Assembly: GCA_963667035.1 (NCBI GenBank)
Contig: OY762964.1
Location: forward strand, 2,720,001-2,784,000
From: Candidatus Cloacimonadales bacterium
GTDB lineage: Bacteria; Cloacimonadota; Cloacimonadia; Cloacimonadales; JAFGVF01
Length of the DNA stretch: 64,000 nucleotides
Reading direction: 5' to 3'
Position 1 is the stretch's first letter; each line of letters opens with the position of its first letter. The notes below the pieces were generated by a model. The model was given only the letters and a program-made list of their open reading frames with translations, was not told the DNA's origin and searched no databases. Both the position numbers and the translations under genes were made by a program. Of the stretch, positions 29,011 to 38,811 are shown piece after piece.

Positions 29011-30402
29011 ATGAAGAGATTTTCAATTATAATTGCTTTATTACTTACAATTAGTGCTTGCGAGAGATTTACAAAACCGGAACCGGAACCTACAATAACT
29101 GAAAAGGTTACCGATTACTTTGATAATTACGTTGAATCAGCTTTAAATGATATGACAGTTGACGATGTAGGTAGTATTATGGCTCTATACAGCGATGATT
29201 ACCTTAATAATGGTCTTGAAAAAACAGATATTAAACAATCATTCTTGGATTATGCTAGTCAGAATAACATTAATAACTTAACCATTTCATTTACTATTGA
29301 GAATGAAGATTCACTAAAAGTTAGCTGGTCTTTCAATAATAGTAAAAACATACCCCAGATAGATTACTTAATTCCTGATTCAACAAGTAAGTACAAGTTC
29401 TATGGAAATCAAGTATCCTCGATGCAAGATATGATATATACTTTCTTTGAAGAGGAAATCTTACCTGCAATAGAACAAATTTCAGAGTCTGATGTAAGTA
29501 GTATAATGGCATTTTATTGTGATGACTACTTAAACAATGGATCTGTAAAATCAGATGTTGAGCAAGAATATATTGATTTTTTGAGTAATGGTAATGTAGT
29601 CCAATTCTCAATGCATGTAACAATTGTTAATGAAGAGCAGATGAAAGTTAGCTGGTCTTTTTGCCAAACCGAAACGATGAAGAGAATTGACTACCTGATG
29701 GAGAATGGTGATAGTTTCTTATTCTATGGGGACCAACAACAACTTCCACCAACAGAAACAACTAAAGCTTTCATTGAAGTTCTCACAGCAACTTGGTGCC
29801 CTAACTGTCCCGAGTTAGAGCACAAGATAGAAGAAATGAAAGAAACTTATGGAAATGATTTGTTCTACGTTGAATATCACTATAACGATAACCTTAGTGG
29901 TGATTTTAGTGACATCCAAAGCTGGTATAACATATATAGTGCTCCTACCGGAGTATTGCAAGGAACCAACATATTTGTTGGCTCGGAAAGTACTACGCTT
30001 AACCAGTACAATAATATTATCAGTAGCATAACCGCAACAAATGCTGATATTGTACTTAATAATTTAGAATACACTCATGAAGGTGATAAATATAGTTTCA
30101 GCATAGATATTGATAATCCCGGTATGGTTGATACAGAAGATTTGTATTTAAGATATCTTATTGTTGAAGATACATCTTCATCACTTAACAATGCAGGGAA
30201 TCCATGCAAAAATGTAATGTTGGAACAGAATAAAATAGCATTATCCGATGTTGATTTTTATGGAACTTATGAGTTTGATCATACATTGTTAAATACTTTA
30301 CCGGAAGATGCTAAGATAATTATATTTGTTCAGACTATGCCTGAAACATTTAATGAATCAACATGTAAAATCCATAACGTAATGGAAGCAGACCTAAACT
30401 AA
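29011..30402 (+). CDS. Lipoprotein with duplicated N-terminal module and Omp28/thioredoxin-like domain
   Basis: Lipobox ISAC; two copies of DV.SIMA.Y.DDYLNNG..K.D; EVLTATWCPNCP. Confidence 0.72.
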   Translation: MKRFSIIIALLLTISACERFTKPEPEPTITEKVTDYFDNYVESALNDMTVDDVGSIMALYSDDYLNNGLEKTDIKQSFLDYASQNNINNLTISFTIENEDSLKVSWSFNNSKNIPQIDYLIPDSTSKYKFYGNQVSSMQDMIYTFFEEEILPAIEQISESDVSSIMAFYCDDYLNNGSVKSDVEQEYIDFLSNGNVVQFSMHVTIVNEEQMKVSWSFCQTETMKRIDYLMENGDSFLFYGDQQQLPPTETTKAFIEVLTATWCPNCPELEHKIEEMKETYGNDLFYVEYHYNDNLSGDFSDIQSWYNIYSAPTGVLQGTNIFVGSESTTLNQYNNIISSITATNADIVLNNLEYTHEGDKYSFSIDIDNPGMVDTEDLYLRYLIVEDTSSSLNNAGNPCKNVMLEQNKIALSDVDFYGTYEFDHTLLNTLPEDAKIIIFVQTMPETFNESTCKIHNVMEADLN

Positions 30403-30413
30403 TAGGAGTAATA

Positions 30414-30935
30414 ATGAAACATAGACTTATATTAATAGCAATCGTACTTTTACTTGCCGGTTCTCTTTTTGCAGAGAAGAAGTTTGCAGATTTCAAGCTC
30501 GAAGATGTTAAAGGTAATAAAGTGTCATTAGACACTTTACTCAAAGATGGTCCTATCGTAGTTGATTTTTGGGCAAGTTGGTGTGATCCATGTAAAAAAG
30601 CTCTTCCGCATCTTGATGAGATTGATAAGAAATATGACGGTATAAAAGTTGTAGCAATCTCAATAGACTCTCCAAGAAAAATGACCCGAGCAAAAGCCTT
30701 TGTTAAAAAGAATAAATATGACTTTATTACTCTGTTTGATAGTGATCAGATGATTTCAAAAAACATGGGTGTAAAGAATATACCACATACATTTATAGTT
30801 GATAAAGATGGTACTGTTGTGTTTGAGTTTATGTCAGGTAAACCCGGAGGGGAGAAGATACTTGAAGCTGAAATCCAGAAACTTTTAGGTATTGAGACTT
30901 CTACCGAAGAAGTAGAAGAAGAAGTGGTTGAATAG
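30414..30935 (+). CDS. TlpA family disulfide reductase
   Basis: Signal peptide; VDFWASWCDPCKK; IPHTFIVDKDG. Confidence 0.9.
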   Translation: MKHRLILIAIVLLLAGSLFAEKKFADFKLEDVKGNKVSLDTLLKDGPIVVDFWASWCDPCKKALPHLDEIDKKYDGIKVVAISIDSPRKMTRAKAFVKKNKYDFITLFDSDQMISKNMGVKNIPHTFIVDKDGTVVFEFMSGKPGGEKILEAEIQKLLGIETSTEEVEEEVVE

Positions 30936-30944
30936 GAGTTGTTA

Positions 30945-32369
30945 ATGAAAAAAGTTTTTACAGCTCTACTTCTTCTCATATCATTATCGATTATTCTAGC
31001 TGATGAATTTGAGTTAAGCGGAACAAATGAGATGGAAGTCATTTACAAAACGGTTGATGACTCTCTGAATACCTACTTCTACAATGAGTTAAGTCTTTTA
31101 GCTAATTACAAAGACATAGTATTCGGAATGAAATTCCTAGCTTCAATGCCTAAATATGAAAGCGATGCTCCTATTGATGAGTTAGACACAAAAGATGTAG
31201 AGGTAGAATGGGACGAAAGATACCTAACTTTTGAGAAAGATAACCTAGCACTTCATGTAGGAACAACGGAAGACTTTGTTGGTTCAGGTATGCTGTTTAG
31301 AGCTTATCGAGATGATGATGTGGATGTAGATACAAGATTAGAAGCTGCTCTTGTAAAAGCTTCAACAGATTATTTTGAGGTGAAAGGTTTATATGGTGCA
31401 ATGCCAAGCGAGGATTATGAAGGTAAAAAAGAACTTGCAGGTCTTTTTGACATACAAAGCAGTTATTTCTCTCATACGAAAATTGGAGCTTCTTATTTCG
31501 AAAATCAAAGACTTGCAACTAGTACTGAATACTCTCTTACTCAAGCTTACGGATTCCGTATGACACAGGAATGGGATTTCTTAGATTTCTACGGTGAATA
31601 CGCAAGAACCTTGAACGACGATAGCGGAATCAATGGGGAAGGTTATTATGCTAATCTAAACACATATTTCGGAGATTTTAGCATTGTCGGTACATATAAA
31701 AACTTTTGGAATATGAATTATGACCTTAATGATACTCCAACTGCCAACTACCATGAAGAAACTCTATCAGATGATTTAGCCAGTGGTGCAGATGAAGAAG
31801 GTTTCATGGGAGAGTTTGGATGGGACCCGGAAGGCTATCATCTCCTTCTAAGCTATGCAGAAGCCTGGGATTCAGATAATGAAAGAAAAATGAACGATTT
31901 CTTCGGAGCAGTTGGTAAGATGATTGGTGAAAAAGAGATTACTGCAGAATTGGGTTATTGGGAAAAAGTTAATGATGAGGCAATCTCTTGGAAAAGAGAG
32001 ATAACTCCAGCTTTAGTTTTTGATATACCAACAGAAACTTTAGGTTTCCATATAAAAACAGAAATGCAGAGAATTGAAAAAGAAAACCAGGGAATTGAAG
32101 CTAATCACTGGGAACCACTAATTCAGACTGATGTTAGTTACGGTAATCATTCTATTTCAGTTATTGCAGAAACAAATGTTGAGGAATTTGAGGATGCTAC
32201 CGATAGCAGATATTTCCTTAATGCTGAGTTTAGAACAACAATCTATAATAATACTGATGTAGTGCTTTTCGCCGGTAGTGAAAAAGGTGGTAAAGTATGT
32301 AGAAATGGTGTCTGCAAGACTAATAAACCTTTTGATGGTGTTAGACTAGAGTTGACAACCAGATTTTAA
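30945..32369 (+). CDS. Putative outer-membrane beta-barrel (DUF6029-like)
   Basis: Signal peptide, GSGMLFRAY, C-terminal GGKVCRNGVC and terminal Phe; follows TlpA as in Bacteroidota clusters. Confidence 0.65.
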   Translation: MKKVFTALLLLISLSIILADEFELSGTNEMEVIYKTVDDSLNTYFYNELSLLANYKDIVFGMKFLASMPKYESDAPIDELDTKDVEVEWDERYLTFEKDNLALHVGTTEDFVGSGMLFRAYRDDDVDVDTRLEAALVKASTDYFEVKGLYGAMPSEDYEGKKELAGLFDIQSSYFSHTKIGASYFENQRLATSTEYSLTQAYGFRMTQEWDFLDFYGEYARTLNDDSGINGEGYYANLNTYFGDFSIVGTYKNFWNMNYDLNDTPTANYHEETLSDDLASGADEEGFMGEFGWDPEGYHLLLSYAEAWDSDNERKMNDFFGAVGKMIGEKEITAELGYWEKVNDEAISWKREITPALVFDIPTETLGFHIKTEMQRIEKENQGIEANHWEPLIQTDVSYGNHSISVIAETNVEEFEDATDSRYFLNAEFRTTIYNNTDVVLFAGSEKGGKVCRNGVCKTNKPFDGVRLELTTRF

Positions 32370-32380
32370 AGGAGCTTATA

Positions 32381-33133
32381 ATGAAAAAAACGATATTGTT
32401 ACTTGTTTTTATTGCTGTATTTGCAATGCTTGCAGCAGAACTTGTGGTTGATATCCCATTCTCAACTGAACTTGTTGGGCCGGAACCACATGGCACCACT
32501 AATTGGACTTCTGAATACTTTTCTATTACCAATACCGGTGGAGAAGGGATTTATCAGATAGATTTGGTACCGATTAATTTACCAACCGGTTGGGCAGCAA
32601 TGTGGTGTAATGAAGGATTATCACCTTTAGTTGCTGATGGATGCCATCATTATGCTTCTCCAGCTTGGGAGTTCACATTCCCTGCCGGAGCAACTCTCAA
32701 TCTTGATTTTCAAGCTAGTTATGATAGGACAGGATATTTCTATTTAAACTATGTTATTACTTCTAGCGAGCTAAATGAACCAATGAACTTACCATTCTTG
32801 TTTAGAACAGAAGATGCTGTCGCTAATGATGAAGATACTCAACCTATTTTAAAACCAAGTCTGATTAACAATTATCCGAATCCATTCAATCCAACTACTA
32901 CTATTAGCTATAATCTTACTAAAGACCAAGCTAGGAATGCTAAAATTGAGATATTCAATATTAGAGGTGAACTTGTACAAGTTTTTACTGGCCTAAAAGT
33001 TAATGAAAACAATGGTTCAGTAGTTTGGAATGGGGAAAATTTAAATGGAAGAATCTCTTCAACCGGAGTTTATTACTATAAACTATCAAGTGGTAAATAT
33101 ACCGAAACAAAGAAAATGTTGATGGTAAAATAA
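32381..33133 (+). CDS. Secreted protein with T9SS-type/FlgD-Ig C-terminal domain
   Basis: Signal peptide; NYPNPFNPTTTISY...IFNIRGELV...WNG...TGVYYY...KKMLMVK. Confidence 0.85.
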   Translation: MKKTILLLVFIAVFAMLAAELVVDIPFSTELVGPEPHGTTNWTSEYFSITNTGGEGIYQIDLVPINLPTGWAAMWCNEGLSPLVADGCHHYASPAWEFTFPAGATLNLDFQASYDRTGYFYLNYVITSSELNEPMNLPFLFRTEDAVANDEDTQPILKPSLINNYPNPFNPTTTISYNLTKDQARNAKIEIFNIRGELVQVFTGLKVNENNGSVVWNGENLNGRISSTGVYYYKLSSGKYTETKKMLMVK

Positions 33134-33150
33134 CAGATATTTTTAAGGTT

Positions 33151-33179
33151 AAGGGTTGAGTTATACTCAACCCTTTTTT
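33151..33179 (+). terminator. Rho-independent terminator
   Basis: AAGGGTTGAGT-TAT-ACTCAACCCTT followed by a T run. Confidence 0.85.
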
Positions 33180-33281
33180 ATTTTGATTCCAGGCATAACT
33201 ACAAGATATCATTATATTCATTGCTTGACTATAAAACCATTAGATTAATGCTATGATTTAAGTGAGGAATGGAGTCGTATT

Positions 33282-34628
33282 TTGGTAATAGAACCCGAAG
33301 AAATATTCACAGTAAGTGAAATTAATAAGCATGTAAAAAATATTATAGAAGGTAATATCTCGAGCCTTTTTATTGAAGGAGAGATAGCAAACTATGTTCA
33401 TCATAGTTCAGGACATATCTATTTTAGCGTTAAAGATACAAGTAGCACACTAAAATGCGTATTCTTTCGTAATGCAAATCGATATCTCGATTTTTCCCCT
33501 AAAAACGGAGATAAAGTAATATTATCTGGAAAATTAACCGTGTATGAACCAAGTGGTCAATATCAATTCAATGTAATGAAAATGTTCTCATCAGGAACAG
33601 GGCTACTTCAATTGGAGTTTGAGAAACTAAAAGTAAAACTTATGACCGAAGGTTTATTTCAAGAAGAGCATAAAAAAGCGATTCCTAAGTATCCTGAAAA
33701 AATTGGAGTGGTAACTTCTCCTTCCGGAGCTGCCTTTCAAGATATATGCAATGTTCTTAAGCGTAGATTTCCCATAGAATTGTTTCTTTATCCTGCTTTA
33801 ACACAAGGAGAAATTGCTCCAGAGACATTGATAAAAGGAATAAGATACTTTAATGAATCTAAATCCGTAGATTTAATACTATTAGGGAGAGGTGGGGGTT
33901 CTCAAGAAGACTTATACTGCTTCAATGATGAAAGGCTTGCTAGGGAAATATATAAATCCAATATACCGATTATTGCAGGTATAGGTCATGAAATTGATTT
34001 TACAATTGCAGATTTTGTTTCTGATTTAAGAGCACCAACACCATCAGCAGCTGCCGAGTTAGCAGTTCCGGATAAAGAATCTCTAATTAGAAACCTTAAA
34101 GATCAGCAATCTAGAATTGATACTGTAATGAAGCGAGAAATCATGAAACTGAGAGTGCTTATAAGTGATTTAAGCCGAAGAACTGAAACACAAAGCCCTG
34201 CCAGAAGGCTCCAAACGCAGCAACAGAGATTAGATGAAGCAGTGCTAAAGCTTTCATATTTTGGAAAAAGAGTTACAAGTAAAAAGGAAAATATTGAATC
34301 AATTGGAAAGCACTTCAAATTGCTAGGATTAAAGGTAGTTGATGCTAGTCTAAAGAAACATGCTTATAGTCTATCAAATCTAAAACAAAGAATTATAAGA
34401 GAAAAGAATGAGATTGTTAAGAATAATCGTATAAAGTTATCCAAACTTGATTCTGAATTACTGTCTCTTTCTCCTCAAAAGGCTTTTGATAGAGGCTTTG
34501 CTATGATTCGTAGCAAGAATAAATTGATGAAATCAATAGATGAAATAAATGTTGGGGAGTCTGTGAGAGTTACATTAAGTGATGGAGAATTAAGTTGTAC
34601 TGTAGATAGTAAGAGTGAGAGGCAATGA
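33282..34628 (+). CDS. xseA: Exodeoxyribonuclease VII large subunit
   Basis: SGHIYFS, GVVTSPSGAA, GRGGGS, GIGHEIDFTIADFVSDLRAPTPSAAAE. Confidence 0.96.
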   Translation: MVIEPEEIFTVSEINKHVKNIIEGNISSLFIEGEIANYVHHSSGHIYFSVKDTSSTLKCVFFRNANRYLDFSPKNGDKVILSGKLTVYEPSGQYQFNVMKMFSSGTGLLQLEFEKLKVKLMTEGLFQEEHKKAIPKYPEKIGVVTSPSGAAFQDICNVLKRRFPIELFLYPALTQGEIAPETLIKGIRYFNESKSVDLILLGRGGGSQEDLYCFNDERLAREIYKSNIPIIAGIGHEIDFTIADFVSDLRAPTPSAAAELAVPDKESLIRNLKDQQSRIDTVMKREIMKLRVLISDLSRRTETQSPARRLQTQQQRLDEAVLKLSYFGKRVTSKKENIESIGKHFKLLGLKVVDASLKKHAYSLSNLKQRIIREKNEIVKNNRIKLSKLDSELLSLSPQKAFDRGFAMIRSKNKLMKSIDEINVGESVRVTLSDGELSCTVDSKSERQ

Positions 34629-36106
34629 GATTTATTGTACAGATTGTATTTATTCTACTAAGTGTAATGGCAAGCTTAAATCTATATTGTCATGAAATTC
34701 GAGCAGTATGGGCAACTTCATGGGAAATTGATACTCCCGGCAAGATTGATAAATTAGTAGAAGATATGGTATCTAATAATCAGAATACTATTCTTGCTGA
34801 AATACGCTATAGAGCTGATGCTTTATATATACCTAATAAGTCCAATTGCGAATATACAAATCCTGATCCCAGAAGTTATATTCTTGATAATCTAACATTT
34901 GATGCACTGCAATACTTAATTGACTCTGTATCTGGTAAAGATATCTCACTACACGCTTGGCTTCCTGCATATGTAGCTGCACCTGTTGATTTAAGTCGAT
35001 TACCACAATCCCATATCTACTTCACTCATCCTGAATTGTTTACATGTAAGCAGAAAAAAGATTCTGACAATTGTATTAATGATGAAGGATACTTCTTAGA
35101 CCCGGGAAATCCGGAAGTGCTTGAATATCTTAAGAATGTTATTATGGATATTGTTTCAAACTATCCTCAGATTGATGGTGTACACTTAGATTACTTTAGA
35201 TATCCAGGCATAGATTTTGGTTATAATGAAGAAGCATACAAGGGCTGGTTAGATTATAATGAAAGGAAACCAAGCTCCAGTTTTTCAGAATGGAAACGAC
35301 TTCAATTAAACAAATCTTTGAAAGAAATACATAATCAATTATCCATAGTGGATTCTAACAAGGTTTTATCAGTTGCTGTTGTTTCGGATTATCAGAGAGC
35401 AATCACTGATTATTCACAAGATTGGCTTTATTGGCTTGAGAATGATTATATTGACTACGTTTACCCAATGGTTTACTCAACTAATACTATCATAGTATCA
35501 TCATTTTTAAGTAATAAGAATTATCTCGAATACAAAGACAAAGTGGTAATTGGTTTAAGAGCTTTTAACTCATATCCTAAACAAGATTATCCTCTGTTCA
35601 AAATCAAACAAAATATTAATGAAGTTAGGACTAACGGATATGTCGGCATCTCTTTATTTTCATATAGTGAGCTTTTACAGAAGTACTTTACTGACCTGAA
35701 AGAATCATACTATCAACAGGGAGCAATACAACCTATAATTCAACCTCATTCCAAAGATGAAGCAACAACCCAAGAGGTTGAAACAATACTTAAAACCAAA
35801 GAATTAACTCAAATCGATTCAACTGAAGTTGTTTGTGAAGATTTCACTATAAAACTTCAACAGAAAAACAACAAATTTGTTGTTATAATTGAAACAGATA
35901 CAAGTTGTCATATTGAGTGGAAAATAAAGTCAAAGAATGGCTTTACCTTATTCAACAGATTTAGATGGTATTCAAAAGGTAAGACCATTGAGAAATGGGA
36001 TGGACAACTTGATAACTCAGATTATTTGCAATCAGGAGATTACATTCTGACTGCATTTTCTGAATTACATCATAAATCAGTTATCAAAAGAATACGAGTT
36101 AAGTGA
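34625..36106 (+). CDS. Glycoside hydrolase-like 10 (GHL10/DUF187) exported protein
   Basis: EIRAVW, FLDPGNPEV, IDGVHLDYFRYP, QDWLYWL..YIDYVYPMVY; FlgD-like tail (WDG...SGDY). Confidence 0.8.
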   Translation: MRFIVQIVFILLSVMASLNLYCHEIRAVWATSWEIDTPGKIDKLVEDMVSNNQNTILAEIRYRADALYIPNKSNCEYTNPDPRSYILDNLTFDALQYLIDSVSGKDISLHAWLPAYVAAPVDLSRLPQSHIYFTHPELFTCKQKKDSDNCINDEGYFLDPGNPEVLEYLKNVIMDIVSNYPQIDGVHLDYFRYPGIDFGYNEEAYKGWLDYNERKPSSSFSEWKRLQLNKSLKEIHNQLSIVDSNKVLSVAVVSDYQRAITDYSQDWLYWLENDYIDYVYPMVYSTNTIIVSSFLSNKNYLEYKDKVVIGLRAFNSYPKQDYPLFKIKQNINEVRTNGYVGISLFSYSELLQKYFTDLKESYYQQGAIQPIIQPHSKDEATTQEVETILKTKELTQIDSTEVVCEDFTIKLQQKNNKFVVIIETDTSCHIEWKIKSKNGFTLFNRFRWYSKGKTIEKWDGQLDNSDYLQSGDYILTAFSELHHKSVIKRIRVK

Positions 36107-37298
36107 AGAAAGGTGCAATAACTCTATCTAAAACTCCATGCAACTTAGATATTGCAATCCCATAGTTTGTGATATTAACTCCTCTTCTTTCACACTCAAG
36201 TATTCGCCTTTTAACTTCCATTCGATTAGTCATACATGCTCCACAATGCATGACAAGGGCATAAGATTCTAAGTCCTCTGGGAAGTCATGACCGGCTGCT
36301 ATGTCGAATTGTATATCTTTACCTGTATATTGTCTAATCCATCTGGGAATTTTAACTCTACCGATATCGTCAGGCTGAACGTGATGTGAGCAGGATTCAG
36401 CAATCAAAACTTTATCACCATCTTTCAAATCGTCAATCTTCTTAGCTCCATCGATTAAGGTCTCGAAATTGCCTTTATATCTAGCAAAAAGAGTTGAAAA
36501 AGTAGTAAGTTTGACATCGCTTTCTAAATCACCTACCACCTTTAATACAACTTGTGAATCAGTAATTACAAGGTCAGGTTTAGCTTTTAAGGCTTGGATT
36601 GATTTTTCAAGCTCACGTTCTTTTACAATTAACCCCATAGCGTCACTATCAAGAACTTCTCTAAGTACTTGAACTTGAGGAAGAATAAGTCTTCCTTTAG
36701 GAGCTGCCAGATCAATTGGAACCACAAGCAGTACTGTTTGTCCGGGACGAATCAAATCACTAACAAGGACTTGTTCATTAAGCATATCAGAAGGAGCAAG
36801 AAACATAAGTTTTTCCTTAAGCATCCTTATTCCACTAACAGTACTACTGGACACAGAGATATGATTGATTTTGTTATCTTTACAGTATTCCTTTGTTTGA
36901 TTAGGTAAAGTATGAATATCAGACTTGTTAAAAACTACAATATAGGGTATTTTTAACTCGGTTATGTCATTAATAATCTTTTGTAAGTCTTTATCAACTT
37001 CCTGTGATTCAGTAACAATGATTGCAATATCTGTTCGAAACAAGATTCTCCTAGTTCTCTTAACCCTTTCTTCTCCAAGCTTTCCTTCATCATCAATACC
37101 TGCTGTATCATAAATCGTCACAGGACCCAATGGAAGTAATTCGTATGATTTTGCAACAGGATCTGTAGTTGTTCCCGGAGTATCTGAGACTATTGAAATG
37201 TCCTGTCCAACCAGTGCATTGATTAAAGAGGACTTGCCTGCATTTCTTTTCCCTATTAATGTGATAACAATACGCTCACCACGTGGTATCTTAGCCAT
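36099..37298 (-). CDS. hydF: [FeFe]-hydrogenase H-cluster maturation GTPase
   Basis: GKRNAGKSS, GTTTDPV, DTAG, PKGRLILPQVQ, ESCSHH and HCGAC cluster ligands. Confidence 0.96.
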   Translation of the reverse strand: MAKIPRGERIVITLIGKRNAGKSSLINALVGQDISIVSDTPGTTTDPVAKSYELLPLGPVTIYDTAGIDDEGKLGEERVKRTRRILFRTDIAIIVTESQEVDKDLQKIINDITELKIPYIVVFNKSDIHTLPNQTKEYCKDNKINHISVSSSTVSGIRMLKEKLMFLAPSDMLNEQVLVSDLIRPGQTVLLVVPIDLAAPKGRLILPQVQVLREVLDSDAMGLIVKERELEKSIQALKAKPDLVITDSQVVLKVVGDLESDVKLTTFSTLFARYKGNFETLIDGAKKIDDLKDGDKVLIAESCSHHVQPDDIGRVKIPRWIRQYTGKDIQFDIAAGHDFPEDLESYALVMHCGACMTNRMEVKRRILECERRGVNITNYGIAISKLHGVLDRVIAPFFT

Positions 37299-37308
37299 TA
37301 TTTATCCT

Positions 37309-38691
37309 TTAAAAACCTAATTTGTACATTCTACCCGGTTCAAACAACTTATCAAGTTCATCTTGAGTGAGTATATTCTTCTCAATTATCAACTCTGTGA
37401 AATCAATACTTCTTTTCTTTGACTCAATAAGTAATTCTTCTACTTTTTTGTATCCCAATTCCGGTACTAATATCGTTGCCATAATTGATCCATTTCGTAA
37501 ATGATTCTCACAATTGATAGCATTTGCTTTAATACCACTAATACAATAATCAGAGAAGATGTTACAACAATTATTAAGAATCTCTGCCGATTCAAGAATC
37601 GAATAGGTTATAAGTGGCAATAGATGATTTAACTCTAAGTTTCCAAGGGCAGCAGCTGTAGATATTATGGAATCATTGCCCATAACTTTTAAAGAAACTT
37701 GTACTACCATTTCAGGAATTACAGGATTTACTTTAGTTGGCATTATTGATGATCCAGCTTGTCTAGGAGGTAACTCAAGCTCTCCCAGACCTCCTTTCGG
37801 ACCCGAAGCCATTATCCTAAGGTCATTAGCAATTTTCATAAGATTTACCGCTAATGCTTTTAACATACCTGAAACTTCTACAAAAGCATCAAGATTCTGC
37901 GTAGTTTCAATCGGGTTTTCACTTCTTGCAATAGTTAACCCGGTTATTTCTTTAAGAGTCTCAACTACTTTAAAAATGTATTCTCTCGGAGCTCCCAAAC
38001 CTGTTCCGATAGCGGTTCCTCCGAGATTTAAAACTTTAATCCTTTCTCTACATTTAAAGACTCTCCATCTGTCTCTAGCCAAGGCTTCAGAATATGCACT
38101 GAATTCTTGCCCCAAAGTCATTGGTACAGCATCTTGAAGTTGAGTTCTTCCAAGCTTCACAATATGATGGAACTCTTGTTCTTTTTCCTGTAAGACTTCT
38201 TGAAGTTTACCGGTAGATAGCTCAAGCTCTTTAAGCATATAAAGCAGTGCTATTTTAGTAGCAGTTGGGAATACATCGTTAGTTGATTGATGCATGTTTA
38301 CATCATGTAATGGATTAACTATTGAATAATCACCTTGCTTTTCTGAAAGGTACTTAATAGCTAAATTTGCTATTACTTCATTCATATTCATATTTAATGA
38401 AGTTCCTGCCCCCCCTTGTAAAGCATCAAGAGTGAACTGTTCTTTATACCTACCTTCGATAATCTCCAAACATGCATAGGAAATTGCTTCATACTTTTCT
38501 TCATCCAGAAAGCCTAATCTATAATTAGTCATAGCTGAAGCCAGTTTAACTTCTGCCATAGACTTATAAAATACTCCAGGAAATCTAAGATTAGAAACTG
38601 CAAAATTCTCAATCGCTCTTTCTGTATTTATTCCCCAAAAACTACCTTTTGATATATATTTCTCACCTAAGGTATCTTCTTCTTTACGCAT
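37309..38691 (-). CDS. aspA: Aspartate ammonia-lyase (fumarase/aspartase family)
   Basis: QGGAGTSLNMN.NEVIAN, QSTND, GRTQLQDA, GSSIMPTKVNP; ATG 38691 preferred. Confidence 0.88.
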   Translation of the reverse strand: MRKEEDTLGEKYISKGSFWGINTERAIENFAVSNLRFPGVFYKSMAEVKLASAMTNYRLGFLDEEKYEAISYACLEIIEGRYKEQFTLDALQGGAGTSLNMNMNEVIANLAIKYLSEKQGDYSIVNPLHDVNMHQSTNDVFPTATKIALLYMLKELELSTGKLQEVLQEKEQEFHHIVKLGRTQLQDAVPMTLGQEFSAYSEALARDRWRVFKCRERIKVLNLGGTAIGTGLGAPREYIFKVVETLKEITGLTIARSENPIETTQNLDAFVEVSGMLKALAVNLMKIANDLRIMASGPKGGLGELELPPRQAGSSIMPTKVNPVIPEMVVQVSLKVMGNDSIISTAAALGNLELNHLLPLITYSILESAEILNNCCNIFSDYCISGIKANAINCENHLRNGSIMATILVPELGYKKVEELLIESKKRSIDFTELIIEKNILTQDELDKLFEPGRMYKLGF

Positions 38692-38811
38692 ATTTATAAC
38701 CTTTATCATTGATAATTACATTTTATTTGCTAATCAATCTCTAACAATATTTTTCTGCTATTTTTTAACTATAAAAGTATCATGATGAATAGATAGTCCC
38801 ACAATGATAAT

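Noticed and set aside
27404..32369. Selenocysteine recoding in the redox operon
   Set aside because: All CxxC motifs use Cys codons and the ORFs are uninterrupted by TGA.
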